Notes: generated by a model not told the origin, from the letters alone. 64,000 bases of DNA from Octopus sinensis (GCF_006345805.1 NC_043000.1:118854001-118918000); one strand, 5' to 3'; shown: positions 24,603 to 37,591, counted from the stretch's first letter. Numbers and translations are program-made.

Positions 24603-25992
24603 TGTATGTATGTATGTATGTGTATGTATTATGTAAAAGAGCAAAAGAGTATGTATGTATATTTGTGTATATATTTGTGTATGTATATACACATGTATGT
24701 ATGAATGCATATATATACATGTATGTATCTTTGTATGTACGTAATTATGTATGTATGTATGTATGTAAAAGAGTATGTATGTATATTTGTATATATTTGT
24801 GTATGTATATACGCATGTATATATGAATGTATATATATATATATATATGTATCTTTGTATGTATGTATATATGTATGAATGTATCTTTGTATGTATGTAT
24901 GTATGTATGAATGTATCTTTGTATGTATGTATGTATATATGTATGAATGTATCTTTGTATATATATGTATGTATGCACGCATGCAATATATGCATTTATG
25001 TACGCATGTGTTTGTAAGTTATATTTTATTAACTTACAAAGCAGAGCAGAGACCTAGTTATGTTACAAATATCACACTAAGCCTGCTTCAATTTCCACTG
25101 TCTTGTCCTTTCAATAGCAGTTTCTCTCACTCGTATCAGTCACTATATATTTCTCCTTGCACCTCCCTCTTATTTATCTGTCATCACCAACCACCACTAA
25201 CCGACCGATATTCTGACTCTAAGCCCTCATTTAAACTTTCTTAACTCACACTATTCTAAATTCTTTCGACACACGTTATACTTAATTTCTGTATAATTTT
25301 CCTAATATCTCTTCTCGTCATCCGATCTTACACGCTTGTATTATTTCATTGACGTTCCTTATAAAATTTGACTTTTTACTTCTCCCTAAGGGATTTACAC
25401 GAACTTGTTGCTTACTATCGTGCTTGGATTTTTTTTTAATTTTCTGAGCAGACGACCAAACGACCAGGTCGGGTTGTAGCTTTGACATCACAGCTACTCC
25501 TCATCTCAGAAGATTTTTAAACGTCAAAAACAACATCAACTACATCGACAATTAATTTGCAAAGAAGACAACACCAGTGGTTCGACGTTTTTTACGGTTT
25601 TTAAAGAACACAGTCGGGTAAGTTATTTTTTAATTATACCTGTATGTAATTATAATTTAATATTATTGTGTGTATTATTAATATTACTGTGTGTGTGCGT
25701 GTACATACATACATACATCCATATATATATATATATATATGTATTATTTGACTGCGGCCATGTCGGAGCACCGCCTTTAGTCGAGCAAAGCGACCCCAGG
25801 ACCTATTCTTTGTAAGCCTAGTACTTATTCTATCGGTCACTTAGGCCGAACCGCTAAGTTACAAGGACGTAAACGCACCAGCATCGCGATATTGGGGTGA
25901 CAAACACAATAACAATGACACACAGACACACACCCACATACATATATGTATATTTATATATATACGACAGGCTTCTTTTAGTTTCTGTCTAC

Positions 25993-26028
<36 letters not shown>

Positions 26029-26121
26029 CAACAATTGAGGGCAAAATTAATTAATTATTAATCAATTTCACCAAGTGTTCAGTATGCAAAGGGACCATTC
26101 AAGGCGAATTCAAATTATTAC

Positions 26122-26416
26122 ATTATATAAAAGGGCTTAGTAAAATAAATTACTTTGCCGCATACTGAACTCATATAGAAATAGCAGCTAAAAAAACTTT
26201 TTTAAAGCTATTTCTAATACTTAAAGAAAATCTCTCTCTCATATATAGTGTTTGCTAATTCAACTCACTTTTGTGAGTTGAATTAAGCAAACACTATATA
26301 TGAGAGAGATTTTCTTTAAGTATTAGAAATAGCTTTAAAAAAGTTTTTTAGCTGCTATTTCTAATGAGTTCAGTATGCGGCAAAGTAATTTATTTTACTA
26401 AGCCCTTTTATATAAT
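26122..26416. repeat. Near-perfect palindrome of about 295 bp with a TTTT loop
   Basis: attatataaaagggcttagt...ctcac tttt gtgag...actaagcccttttatataat; only a few 1-2 nt indels. Confidence 0.95.
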
Positions 26417-26557
26417 ATATATATATATATATATAATTAAATATAAGGATTAAATCTATATAAGAATTTATTATAAAGTAGCCATCATGAAAAACTACTT
26501 GAGGGTAAAAGTTATACAAGATATATAATTGTTCTCTTTAAGTACAAATGCATTCAG

Positions 26558-26698
26558 TATATTAAGGGTTGTTACTACACTTAAATGCCTCACGCTGTAA
26601 GGGACTCTCAAGTTAAAACTACTTATTAAAAAGTAGTTTTGACTTTAGGAGTCCCTTACAGCTTAAGGCATTTATGTGTAGTAATAGCTTTTAATATA
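26558..26698. repeat. Imperfect fold-back of about 140 bp ending a (TA)n-flanked module
   Basis: gctgtaagggactc...aaaactactt attaaa aagtagtttt...gagtcccttacagc. Confidence 0.85.
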
Positions 26699-27064
26699 AT
26701 GTTATGTGTATATATATATAAATATATACACATACACTGCCTTAAAATTAGAATATTCTTCTTCAAGTGACGCTTATATATTGTAAGATAAATATATATA
26801 TATATATATATATATTAATATATATATCTTTCCTTCCCTGAGCGTCTGCTAATATTTTGCATGTACCACGTCCTCGCGTTGTTGTTTTTTTTCTTGTGTT
26901 TGTTCTTCGTTTTTTGTTTTGGTGGGAGGGTCGGGATTTACTATATGTTATTCATATACGCATATAAATATATATATATATATATATTCAACATGTGATC
27001 TCTTAAGCACCACCAGCTCAAATATTTTCTCCTCTGTCTTCCCTCCTTGGGATCTTTCCTTCTT

Positions 27065-27099
27065 GTTTCCGACGAAGAGCTCCGCTCGAAACGTTAAAC
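27065..27099 (+). ncRNA. Minimal hammerhead (U4C variant) in the pLTR module 27000-27185
   Basis: GUUU CCGACGA A GAGC UCC GCUC GAAA C GUU AAAC. Confidence 0.7.
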
Positions 27100-27607
27100 C
27101 CTCCTTCCCTTCTTTCCTGAGCGTCAATAATACTTTAATTGTTCCACGTCCTGCGTTGCTGTGTTTTTTTTGTTTGGATTAACTTCATATATATATATAT
27201 ATATATGCATACACAGTCGTATATGTATACATGCATAAATACACACACACACACACATATTATACACACACACACACACACACACATAGGAAAACAGTCA
27301 AATACGTAAAGGATCTCTCTATACCTATGAATAGTCTGACTAACGTAACTAAGCGAAAACTTCGAAGTCACAATTAATCTTTTCACTATAAATACCATAT
27401 ACACATGCAGGCGCACACACAGATGCACACACATACACATAGCCTTATGGATATAGTAGATACATGCGCTTTATGTTATATATATATTTATATAATTTTA
27501 AAATAGGATAAAATCTTTATAAGAATTTATCAAGTAGTTAGCGTGAAAAACCTCATAAGAGAAAAAAAATTCCACCAATTTTTCTCTTAAATATATTTAT
27601 TTATAAT

Positions 27608-27759
27608 ATATAGAGGGCATTACTATACATAAATGCCACACGCTAGGAGGGACACTTAAAGTCAAAAATACCAAAATAAATAAGTATTTATTTTGGTAGT
27701 TTTAACTTTTAGAGTCCCTCCTAGCATGTGGCATTTATGTATAATAATGCCCTCTATAT
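27608..27759. repeat. Fold-back of about 150 bp, same family as 26558-26698
   Basis: atatagagggcattactatacataaatgccaca...accaaaataaata ag tatttattttggt...tgtggcatttatgtataataatgccctctatat. Confidence 0.9.
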
Positions 27760-27770
27760 GATATTATATA

Positions 27771-27876
<106 letters not shown>

Positions 27877-28174
27877 ATATATATTCTAGCTCAATCCTGA
27901 TTATGAAAATCTATGATCATAGTCGTTCTAGCCTGCCCATCCAATTTTATATTCATATAAACTTTAGCCACTACAACACAATTCCGTGTTAAGACGATAG
28001 ACTGTAGAATAGGGATTTGGCTGTTATATCTAGCATATCCAGTGATCACATTGCGATTTTTTATGTATGTTTACATATAGGCGTGCATTTATGTATGCAT
28101 GTATTCATTGCGCATACATGCCCGTATATTTATAATTTCATATCATAAATACATACATATGTGCTCCACTTCCT

Positions 28175-28280
<106 letters not shown>

Positions 28281-28311
28281 CTGCTATATATATATGTATA
28301 TATATATATAT

Positions 28312-28350
<39 letters not shown>

Positions 28351-28520
28351 AAATTGAGAGGAATGACCTCTTAATTTTGTTTGTAATATAATTGTTAATC
28401 TTCGGATTTTTACATATGCTAAGCCACTGGTTTTAATTGATTAATATCAATTTCTACCCTCTTTATTTAATTTTATACACACACACACGCACACGCACAC
28501 ACACACGCACACACACGCAC

Positions 28521-28551
<31 letters not shown>

Positions 28552-28584
28552 CACTGCATAAATACACTGCAAAACAATTTCTTT

Positions 28585-28895
28585 ACCTCGACAGGCCCTG
28601 CCCCATTTAACATTGTCCCAAAACAGATCTAAGGGGAAAAGGATCCCATCACTTTTAAACAGAATCTGGACAAATTTCTTCAGGGAATACCAGATTAGCC
28701 ACCTATACCTGGCTATAGCTCATTCAATGTGTTCATGGGGATTTTGCATGGTGGGAAGACTTTTTTCAGTGGACCATGATACCACAAAACTTGACTTCAA
28801 AAGAATTTAGATAATCCTATCAGGTGGTTAGGGTTAGGGTTAGACCAAAGATTAACCTGAACCAATCTTTGGTCGAAATATATCTAAGTTTGATA
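28585..28895 (+). mobile_element. CR1-type LINE 3' end, second family (second copy 60490-60790)
   Basis: Reads ALFNIVPKLIKE.KDPITFKRSLDKFLQGIPDKPPIPGY; tail (ATCTAAGTTT)n. Confidence 0.75.
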
Positions 28896-29489
28896 TATAT
28901 ATCGTGACTCTCCGTCGATTACGACAAGGGTTTCGGTTGATCCGATCAACGGAACAGCCTGCTCGTGAAATTAACGTGCAAGTGGCTGAGCACTCCACAG
29001 ACACGTGTACCCTTAACTTAGTTCTCGCGGGGTGGGGAATTCAGCGTGACACAGATTGTGACAAGGTTGGTCCTCTTTGAAATACAGGTACAACAGAAAC
29101 TGGAAAACAGAGTGAGAGAAAGTTGTGGTGAAAGGGTACAGCAGGATTCCCCACCCCCACCACCCCCTACCGGAAATTCGTGGTGCTTTAGGTGTTTTCG
29201 CTCAATAAACACTCACAACGGCCGATCTGGGGAATCGAAACAGCGATTCTACGACCGCGAGTCCACTGCCCTAACCACTGGGCCATTGTGCCTCCACACA
29301 CACACACACACACACGTATATATAAATGTGTGTGTGTGTGTGTGAAATATATATAAAAAATACAAAATGGGACAAGAAAGGCAAAACATCCAAACAATTA
29401 GGTGATACAAAAAAGGACTACAAAACATCCAGATGTGTTACCTAATCGTCTGGATGTTTTGCGTTCTTGCCCCATTTTGTATTTTTTAT

Positions 29490-29664
29490 ATAGGAGTGGC
29501 TGTGTGGTAAGTAGCTTGCTTACCAACCACATGGTACCGGGTACAGTCCCACATCGTGGCACCTTGGGCAAGTGTCTTCGACTATAGCCTCAGGCCGACC
29601 AAAGCCTTGTGAGTGGATTTGGTAGACGGAAACTGAAAGAAGCTCGTCGTATATATGTGTATAA

Positions 29665-29726
<62 letters not shown>

Positions 29727-29945
29727 GTGTGTGTATGTGTTTGTATGTCTGTGTTGGTCCCCCCAACATCGCTTGATATGCGATGCTGGTGTGTTTACGT
29801 CCCCGTAACTCAGCAGTTCGGCAAAAGATACCGATTGAATAAGTACTAGGCTTACAAAGAATAAGTCCTGGGGTCGATTTGCTCGACTAAAGGCGGTGCT
29901 CCAGCATGGCCGCAGTCAAATGACTGAAACAAGTAAAAGAAAAAA
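29490..29945 (+). mobile_element. SINE family A
   Basis: Full head, microsatellite and right arm. Confidence 0.9.
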
Positions 29946-30175
29946 GAGTATATATAGCGACGTACGTACACTTCGGTCTCATATATATGAAATATATACA
30001 TGCTCATACATACATATATGGTAATTAATGTATATATGCACACATACATGTACATATGCATATAAAAACACACTCGCGCACACACATATGCATGCTCAAT
30101 CCTCCTACATATATATATACATACATACATACATACATATATTATATATATATAGATATACATATATATATATAT

Positions 30176-30210
<35 letters not shown>

Positions 30211-30307
30211 ACGGGAAGCTTTATGAAAATAAACAAAAGACGAAGGCAGGTGGAAAACAAACGAACAATTGTATTAGTATGGCGCTCAGGAAATATAATA
30301 AAACAAG

Positions 30308-30345
30308 TCTTTAACGTTTCGAGCCTACGCTCTTCAACAGAAAGA
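30308..30345 (-). ncRNA. Minimal hammerhead (A6U) at the 3' end of the PLE
   Basis: UCUUU CUGUUGA A GAGC GUAG GCUC GAAA C GUU AAAGA. Confidence 0.7.
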
Positions 30346-31189
30346 TACACAGAGAGAGAAAAACACAGAAAGAAGGAGAGAAAAAAAATGCGTGCAGTAG
30401 CTAACGAATCAACATGGCGATCTGATTTCGGCCAGAGGTCAAAGATCAAACATGAGACGCGAGGGCGAAATAAGGGGAGATAATAGGGTTGATAAAAGGT
30501 TGAGGGACCAGCTAAAAGTGCGTGGGAGGGGTCTGGATGTGTGTATGTATAGGGTTGGTGTATGTTTAGTATGTATAAAGGTTGTGTTGTGTGTGTTTGT
30601 GTGTGTGTGTGTGTATGAGAGAGTATTAGTGCGTAAGATTGGTCTGGACGTGCGTATGTATGGGGTTGGTGTATGTATTAGTATGTATTAGTATGTATTA
30701 GTACGTATTGGTATGTATAGGTATGTGTGTGTGTGTGAGAGTATAAGTGCGTATGCGGGGTCTGGACGTGTGTATGTATGGGGTTGGTGTAAGTATTAGT
30801 ATGTACTAGTATGTATTAGTACGTATTAGTATGTATTAGTTGGTGTGTATTAGTATGGCACATCATATGTGATGTGATGTGTAAAGTCATGTGGTTAGTG
30901 AGGAGAAGAGGGGGAGGGGGCGAAGAGGGGGGAGAGAAGGGGGAAGAGGGGGAGGAGAAGAGGGGGAGGAGAAGGGGAAGAGGAGAGGATGGGGAGAAGG
31001 AAGGGGAGGAGGGGGATGAAGGAGGAAAGAGGGAGAGGGGGAGAGAGGGAGTGAGGGAGCAGAGGGAAGGGGAAGAGGGAGGGAGAAAGAGGGAGTAGGG
31101 GGTAGGGGTGAAAGGATGAAGGACTGAAGAAGTAGGGGTCGGGGGAGAAAGGATAGGTGAGGAGGGGGGAGAGGGGGGTTAGATGAGGA

Positions 31190-33225
31190 GGGGGAGAGTT
31201 GAGACCAAATGGCGTATAAGAGCGAAGAGAGAAGATAATTCCTGTTCACGGCGCAAACGGGAATCCGGATGGCCTCTGTGTAAGGACAAACCGAACACAG
31301 ATAGGTGTTGCAAGGAGTGACCGGTGGAGCGGAAATGGCGTGAGACCGTGTGTCGTTCGCAAGGTGGATGTCACGAAGGTGTTCCGCGAACCGGTCAGCC
31401 AAGCGGCGTCCCGTTTGTCCGATGTACAAGGAATTGCAGAGAGAGCAAGAGATGCAATAGATAATATTGCTGGAGGTGCAGGTGAAGGAGTGGATGATGG
31501 GATAGGGTCGATGGTGGGTGCTAGTGAGGCGGGTGGTGTTGGAGAGGTAAGGGCAAGTGCGGCAACGTGGGCGGGAGCAGGGGAACGAGCCGGGTTGGGA
31601 GGTAGGGTCAGGGAAGGAGCTATGGACCAAAAGGTCTCGAAGGTTGTGGGCTCGTTTGAAAGAGGGGAGGGGTCGGTTAGGGAAGAGGTGTGAAGTGGAC
31701 GGGTCGGACTGGAGATGACGGAAAGCTCGAAGAATGGTGCGTTGGAGACGTAGGGTCGTGGGGTGGTAAGTGAGGGGAAAAGGGAGGCGGGAGACTACAG
31801 GGCGGGTTCGGGGAGAGAGAGCAGATACACGGTCCACGGACCGTGCTCTGGCAAGGGCGGTGTGGATAGTGGTGAGGGGGTATCCACGTAGGGTGAAGTG
31901 GTGAGCCATACGTTGAGACTGAGTCTCAAAGTCATGGTCGTCACTACAGAGCCTACGTAGACGGAGGAATAGGGGATGGAAAGCTTGGTGTGTTCTGGGT
32001 GGGAGGAAGAGAAGTTGAGGTATGAGTGTGAGTCTGTGTGTTTGTAGTGAATGGAGGTGGTAAGAGTGGAGTGAAGAATGCTAACCGAAATGTCGAGGAA
32101 GGAGACAGAGGTGTTGGAGATAGTGGAAGTGAAGTGGAGGGCTGGATGGAAAGATTGGACGAAAGAGAGGAAGGAATCTAGATGTTCGCGGGAGAGTGAG
32201 GTGGCACCGATAATGTCGTCAATATAACGACCATATAGTTCAGGAGTGGGACCAGTGAAATTAGAGAATATTTGGGCCTCAACATAGCCAACGAACAGGT
32301 TCGCATAGTTGGGGCCCATTCGCGTTCCCATGGCCACTCCCGAGACCTGATGGTAGAACTCGCCCGCGAACGAGAAGCAGTTCAGAGTAAGGACAAGTTC
32401 GGCCAGACGAATGAGTGTGGAGGTGTCAGGTACAGGGTTAGAGCGGAGGTCAAGAAAGTGTCGAAGGGCCTGCAGTCCTTCGTGGTGAGGGATAACAGTA
32501 TAGAGGCTTTGGATGTCCATAGTAAAAAGGATTTTGGAGGAGCCGGGAGGAAAGGAGAAAGAGTTGAAAAGCCGGAGAGCATGGTTGGTATCGTGGATGT
32601 GGAGGGGAAGAGATGCCACTAGGGGGGCAAGGACACGGTCGAGGTATTTAGAGATGAGCTCCGTGGGGCAGTTACAGGCGGAGACGATGGGGCGGCCAGG
32701 GTTGTTGGGTTTGTGGATTTTGGGGAGGAAGTAAATGGTGGGGGTACGTGGGGTTCGCACAATTAGGTTGGATGCGGTGCGGGGGAGACGGGAGGACGAG
32801 ATGAGGTCTTGGACGGTAGAGGATACCGTCTGTTGGTAGCTACGTGTGGGGTTAGAGGGTAGAGGGGAATAGAAGGAGGTGTCATTGAGTTGGCGGAAAG
32901 CCTCGGCCCTATAGAGGTCCGCGCGCCACACCACTACAGCTCCACCCTTGTCAGCCGGTTTGATGATAATGTCAGCGCGCCGTTGGAGGGAACGAAGAGC
33001 CAAGAGCTCAGCCGGGGAGATGTTGAGGCGGCGTTGGCGCCTGGAGAAGTTGAACCGCTCCAATGCACGCTGACAAGCGCCCGCGAAAAGATCCACTGCT
33101 AGGATCTGGCCAGGGGCAGGCGTCCACGGGGATGGTCGGCGGCCCAGGCCAGTGAAGCAGTCGTCCTCTTCGTGGGGTGTGGGTGGCGAGTCGTGGTAAT
33201 GCGCACCCAACCGGACACGGCGCAC
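31190..33225 (-). pseudogene. PLE reverse transcriptase - GIY-YIG endonuclease, three small frameshifts
   Basis: LFTMDIQSLYT, SGVAMGTRMGPNYANLF, YGRYIDD; CSRPRCRTCP; NIIYCISCSLCNSLYIGQTGRRLADRFAEHL; shifts near 31965, 31348 and 31245 restore LRRLCSDD, PVSRHF and FGLN. Confidence 0.92.
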
Positions 33226-33250
33226 AAAGCTGTGGACATCAACTCGCGTC

Positions 33251-33292
<42 letters not shown>

Positions 33293-33363
33293 TATACGTA
33301 CATATATATATATATATACATACATATATATATATATACATACATACATATATATATATATAA

Positions 33364-33396
<33 letters not shown>

Positions 33397-33417
33397 AATA
33401 CATACATATATATACAA

Positions 33418-33826
33418 TAGGCGCAGGAGTGGCTGTGTGGTAAGTAGCTTGCTAACCAACCACATGGTTCCGGGTTCAGTCCCACTGCGTGGCATCTTGG
33501 GCAAGTGTCTTCTGCTATAGCCCCGGGCGACCAATGCCTTGTGAGTGAATTTGGTAGACGGAAACTGAAAGACGCCTGTCGCATATATGTATATGTATGT
33601 ATGTGTGTGTGTGTGTGTTTGTGTGTCTATGTTTGTCCCCCTAGCATTGCTTGACAGCCTATGCTGGTGTGTTTACGTCCCCGTCACTTAGCGGTTCGGC
33701 AAAAGAGACCGATAGAATAAGTACTGGGCTTACAAAGAATAAGTCCCGGGGTCGATTTGCTCGACTAAAAGGCGGTGCTCCAGCATGGCCGCAGTCAAAT
33801 GACTGAAACAAGTAAAAGAGTAAAAG
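33418..33826 (+). mobile_element. SINE family A, little-diverged reference copy
   Basis: tRNA-like head with GTTCAGTCCC B-box, CORE-like tcttgggcaagt, internal microsatellite, tail cagtcaaatgactgaaacaagtaaaagagtaaaag. Further copies or arms at about 400-553, 10570-10705, 25740-25995, 34130-34330, 38065-38640, 41940-42150, 42985-43640, 45610-46260 and 52801-53168. Confidence 0.9.
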
Positions 33827-34383
33827 TAGTCTTCTGTTGACATTTAATCATCCATATCTTTATTAACACAAGTACATTGCATGTGTATTCCCCTCTCCCA
33901 TTCTCTCTCTGTATCTCTCTCACTCTCTCCCTCCTGACTGTGTCTCTCCCATCTCTCCCTCCTGACTGTCTCTCCCCTCCCTCTCTTTCTTTCTTTCTCC
34001 TTTCTTTCGTTCTTTCTTCTTTCTCTCTAATGTAGATAGGGAAAAAATTCCCCGTAAAACATATTAAAAGCACAACTATGTTCAAGTTTGATCTTTCTAA
34101 TATAGAATTTTTAGTCCTTTACTCTATAACTCTTTTACTTGATTCAGTCATTTGACTGCGGCTATGCTGGAGCCCCACCCTATAGTCGAACAAATCAACC
34201 CCAGGACATATTCTTTGTATGCCTAGTACTTATTCTATCGTCTCTTTTTCCGTACCACTAATTACGAGGACGTAAACGCACTAACATCGGTTGTCAAGCG
34301 ATGGTGGGAGTAGAAACACAGACACGCAAGCATACATACATACATATATATGGAAAGACTTTCTCCCTACCACCATTTTCTCA

Positions 34384-34415
<32 letters not shown>

Positions 34416-34429
34416 CGTTTTTGCTAAAA

Positions 34430-34773
34430 CCCCCGTTTTCGGATATGGAGATTTCGGAAAATTGCATTTAAAAATTTTTGCTACCCGCTTCCCCTAACCC
34501 TACCCCACCCCCAATTTCTTCATTTTTCACTTTTTTCCTTAACTGTAACCCTAACCCTAACTACAAAAGTTTTGGAAAATTTTTGTTTCAAAATCAAAAT
34601 CTCCGTGTTTTTCCGCATATTTTGAAAAAAAAAGAAAAAAATTCTGAAAAAAAGTTAAAAGTGAAGAAAATAGGGGTGGGGAGGGGTATTTTCAAAATGC
34701 CGATTTTTGCCAATTTCATTTTTCTTTTTTTCTTGTCTGGCAGATTCGTATTCTCCGTAGCCGAAAACGGGGG
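34430..34773. mobile_element. MITE-like element with imperfect TIRs of about 27 bp and internal CCCTAA repeats; related inverted copy at about 42270-42540
   Basis: cccccgttttcggatatggaga / tctccgtagccgaaaacggggg; no TSD seen. Confidence 0.55.
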
Positions 34774-34775
34774 TC

Positions 34776-35079
34776 TGAACCCGGAGCCATGTAGTTGTAA
34801 AGCAAGCTTCTTACCTCACAGCCACGCCTGCGGCTCTTCCTTTACTAATTTTTTATGTATGTAAATGACGTTATCAAACGTCATTCGTTTGACGTTTCGT
34901 CAAACGAATGAATGTAAGAAAACTATTGAACCCGGAGCCATGTAGTTGTAAAGCAAGCTTCTTACCTCACAGCCACGCCTGCGGCTCTTCCTTTACTAAT
35001 TTTTTATGTATGTAAATGACGTTATCAAACGTCATTCGTTTGACGTTTCGTCAAACGAATGAATGTAAGAAAACTATTG
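34776..35079. repeat. Identical-looking 151-bp tandem duplication
   Basis: tgaacccggagccatg starts at 34776 and again at 34927. Confidence 0.9.
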
Positions 35080-37065
35080 TCCCTAAGCAAACATAAACGA
35101 GTTTATGACAAACCCAGTGCCCTGAATATTAAAATAACTTCATTCAAATGAATCCGGACAAAAGTCAGTTGTACCTGTATTTCAAAGGGCCAGCCTGCAA
35201 CCATTATCTTAGCAGTATTTCGTCTGTCGTTACGTTCTGAGTTCAAATTCCGCCGTGATCGACTTTGCCTTTCATCCTTTCGGGGTCGATAAATAAGGTA
35301 CCAGTTTCGCACTGGTGTCGATGTAATCGAATTAATCCCTTTGTCTGTCCTTGTTTGGCCCTTCTATGTTTAGCCCTTTGTGGGCAGTAAAGAAATATAT
35401 CTTTCATATACACGTGCATACATAAATACATGTACACACATATCTTTGTACGTATGTGTGCGTGTGTGTCTGTGTGTGTATCAGAGTGAGAATGAATGCC
35501 ACTTAGACATACATGCAAAAACATACATACATGAGAACACACCTTCACTCACTCACTCACTCACTCAATTAAGCGAGAATATAAAAAAGGAGAAAGCAAA
35601 GTCTTCAGTGTGAGTATGTGGTTTGTGGGGTCAACCGCATCCTCCGTTTCATTTTTTGTAAATCACTCATTCTCATTTAATTGTATATATTTTAATTGTT
35701 TGTTTATTCGTACGTTTCGTCTCATTCGATACCCTGACCCCAATGTTTGTTTTTTTTTTTTTGTCCTCGTATCGTTCCCTCTTTTTCTTAACCTTATGGT
35801 GAATAAAGAAATCTTCTCTCTCACTCTCTCTCACACCTGCGCGCGCGCATACAAAAAACGATGTATGCATATGTGTATATATGTACGTATACATGACAAC
35901 ACATACCTTCACTTCCTCTCCCGCCACTCCCCTCTTCTTTCTCTCTCTCTCTCTCTTTTTCTCTCTCTCTCTTTTTCTCTCTCTCTCTTTTTCTCTCTCT
36001 CTCTTTTTCTCTCCCTCACACACACATACACACACACACGTTCATTTCACCTCTCTTTCACTGTCTGCTCTGGCTTCAAAGCAAGTGTCGCCTTCCACCC
36101 ACCACACGTTCATGAAAGCAAAAGTAAATAAATATACAATTTTTACAGAAATTAACGGTGGCATCATTTGAAGGCTGAAACAATGCGAAGCGCATTGTGA
36201 CCAGCGATGTGTAGCAACATCTGATAGCCTGGTCGGTCATGGTGATCACGGTAATATATGCATACAATTATGTTTTAGTGAACACATTACATACACACGT
36301 ACATACATACATTTTCATATTCTGCGCTTCTTTAGTTTGCTTTAACTATTTCGACAAAGGCCATGCTGGAGCACCAAGTCTGTGTACGCTTGTACTTGCA
36401 CACATTGATCTATCTATTTATCTATGTATGTATGTATGTATGTATGTATGTATGTATGTATGTATGTATGTATAGATGCATGCATATATATGTATGTGTG
36501 TGTTATGTGCGTATGTTGAAAAGGTCACGGGGTTTAATATGAGAAAAACATATTTTAAGAAAAAGTATTTTGAGAACTTTCTCATGAATAATGAGTGTAC
36601 CCGTGCGCATGCTCATTCACCTGGGTGTGTATGTGTAAATATATGTATATATGTAACGATCATTCGGTACTAGTAACATAACTGTCACTTATAAGCCCAT
36701 GTGGGTTTATTTACATTTCTGAAGAAAAAATATACCTTTTCCCCCACCCTTAACCCTAACCCCACATCTATAAAAAAATTTGGCGATGTTTCGTCGCCAA
36801 TTTGGCGATGTTTTCGCCAAAAATTTTTAATTTTACAGAAAGTGATGATCTTCTTCAAATGTAAACAAATACACGTGATGTAAATAGGACTCATATCGAA
36901 AGAATGGCATATATGTATGTGTATATATATATATTGGTAAAAACGTTAAGATAAAAGAAAGAAAGAGACCTGGCATCCGAAACTCAGTTTTATCTTGGCT
37001 ATTGAATAATGGTAACATTAATTTACAGATATATATATATATATACACATATATATGTGTGTGTG

Positions 37066-37096
<31 letters not shown>

Positions 37097-37458
37097 ATGT
37101 GGAGGCGCAACGGCCAAGTGGTTAGGGCAGCGGACTCGCGTTCGGAGGATCGATTTCCAGACCGGCCGTCGTGTGTCTTTATTGAGCGAAAACACCTAAA
37201 AGCTCCACGAGGCTCCGGCAGGGGGTGGGGGTGACCCCTGTTGTACTCTTTCGCCACTATTTTCTCTCGCTCTCTCTTCTTGTTTCTTGAGTAACGCTGC
37301 GATGGACTGGCGTCCCGTCCAGCTGGGGGAACACATACGCCTCAGAAACCGGGAAACAGGGCCCATGGGGCTGTCTATGCTTGAAAAGGGCGAAAAGGAA
37401 GAATATACGTATATATACATACATACATACATACATACATACATACATACATACATAC

Positions 37459-37490
<32 letters not shown>

Positions 37491-37553
37491 TATTGTATTT
37501 CGGGAAGGTCATTTTTTTCCTGTCAAATAAACACACGCACTATGTATTCCTTC

Positions 37554-37591
<38 letters not shown>

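Larger units (their letters stand above)
30210..33250 (-). mobile_element. 5'-truncated Neptune-type Penelope-like retroelement with 3' UTR and hammerhead pLTR, in (TA)n
   Basis: RT plus Zn-linker plus GIY-YIG coding region, long pyrimidine-rich 3' UTR, HHR at 30308-30345, (TA)n on both sides. Confidence 0.9.

Noticed and set aside
31340-32734. Plus-strand ORFs of 70-117 aa over the PLE
   Set aside because: Antisense shadows of a GC-rich coding region with few stops.
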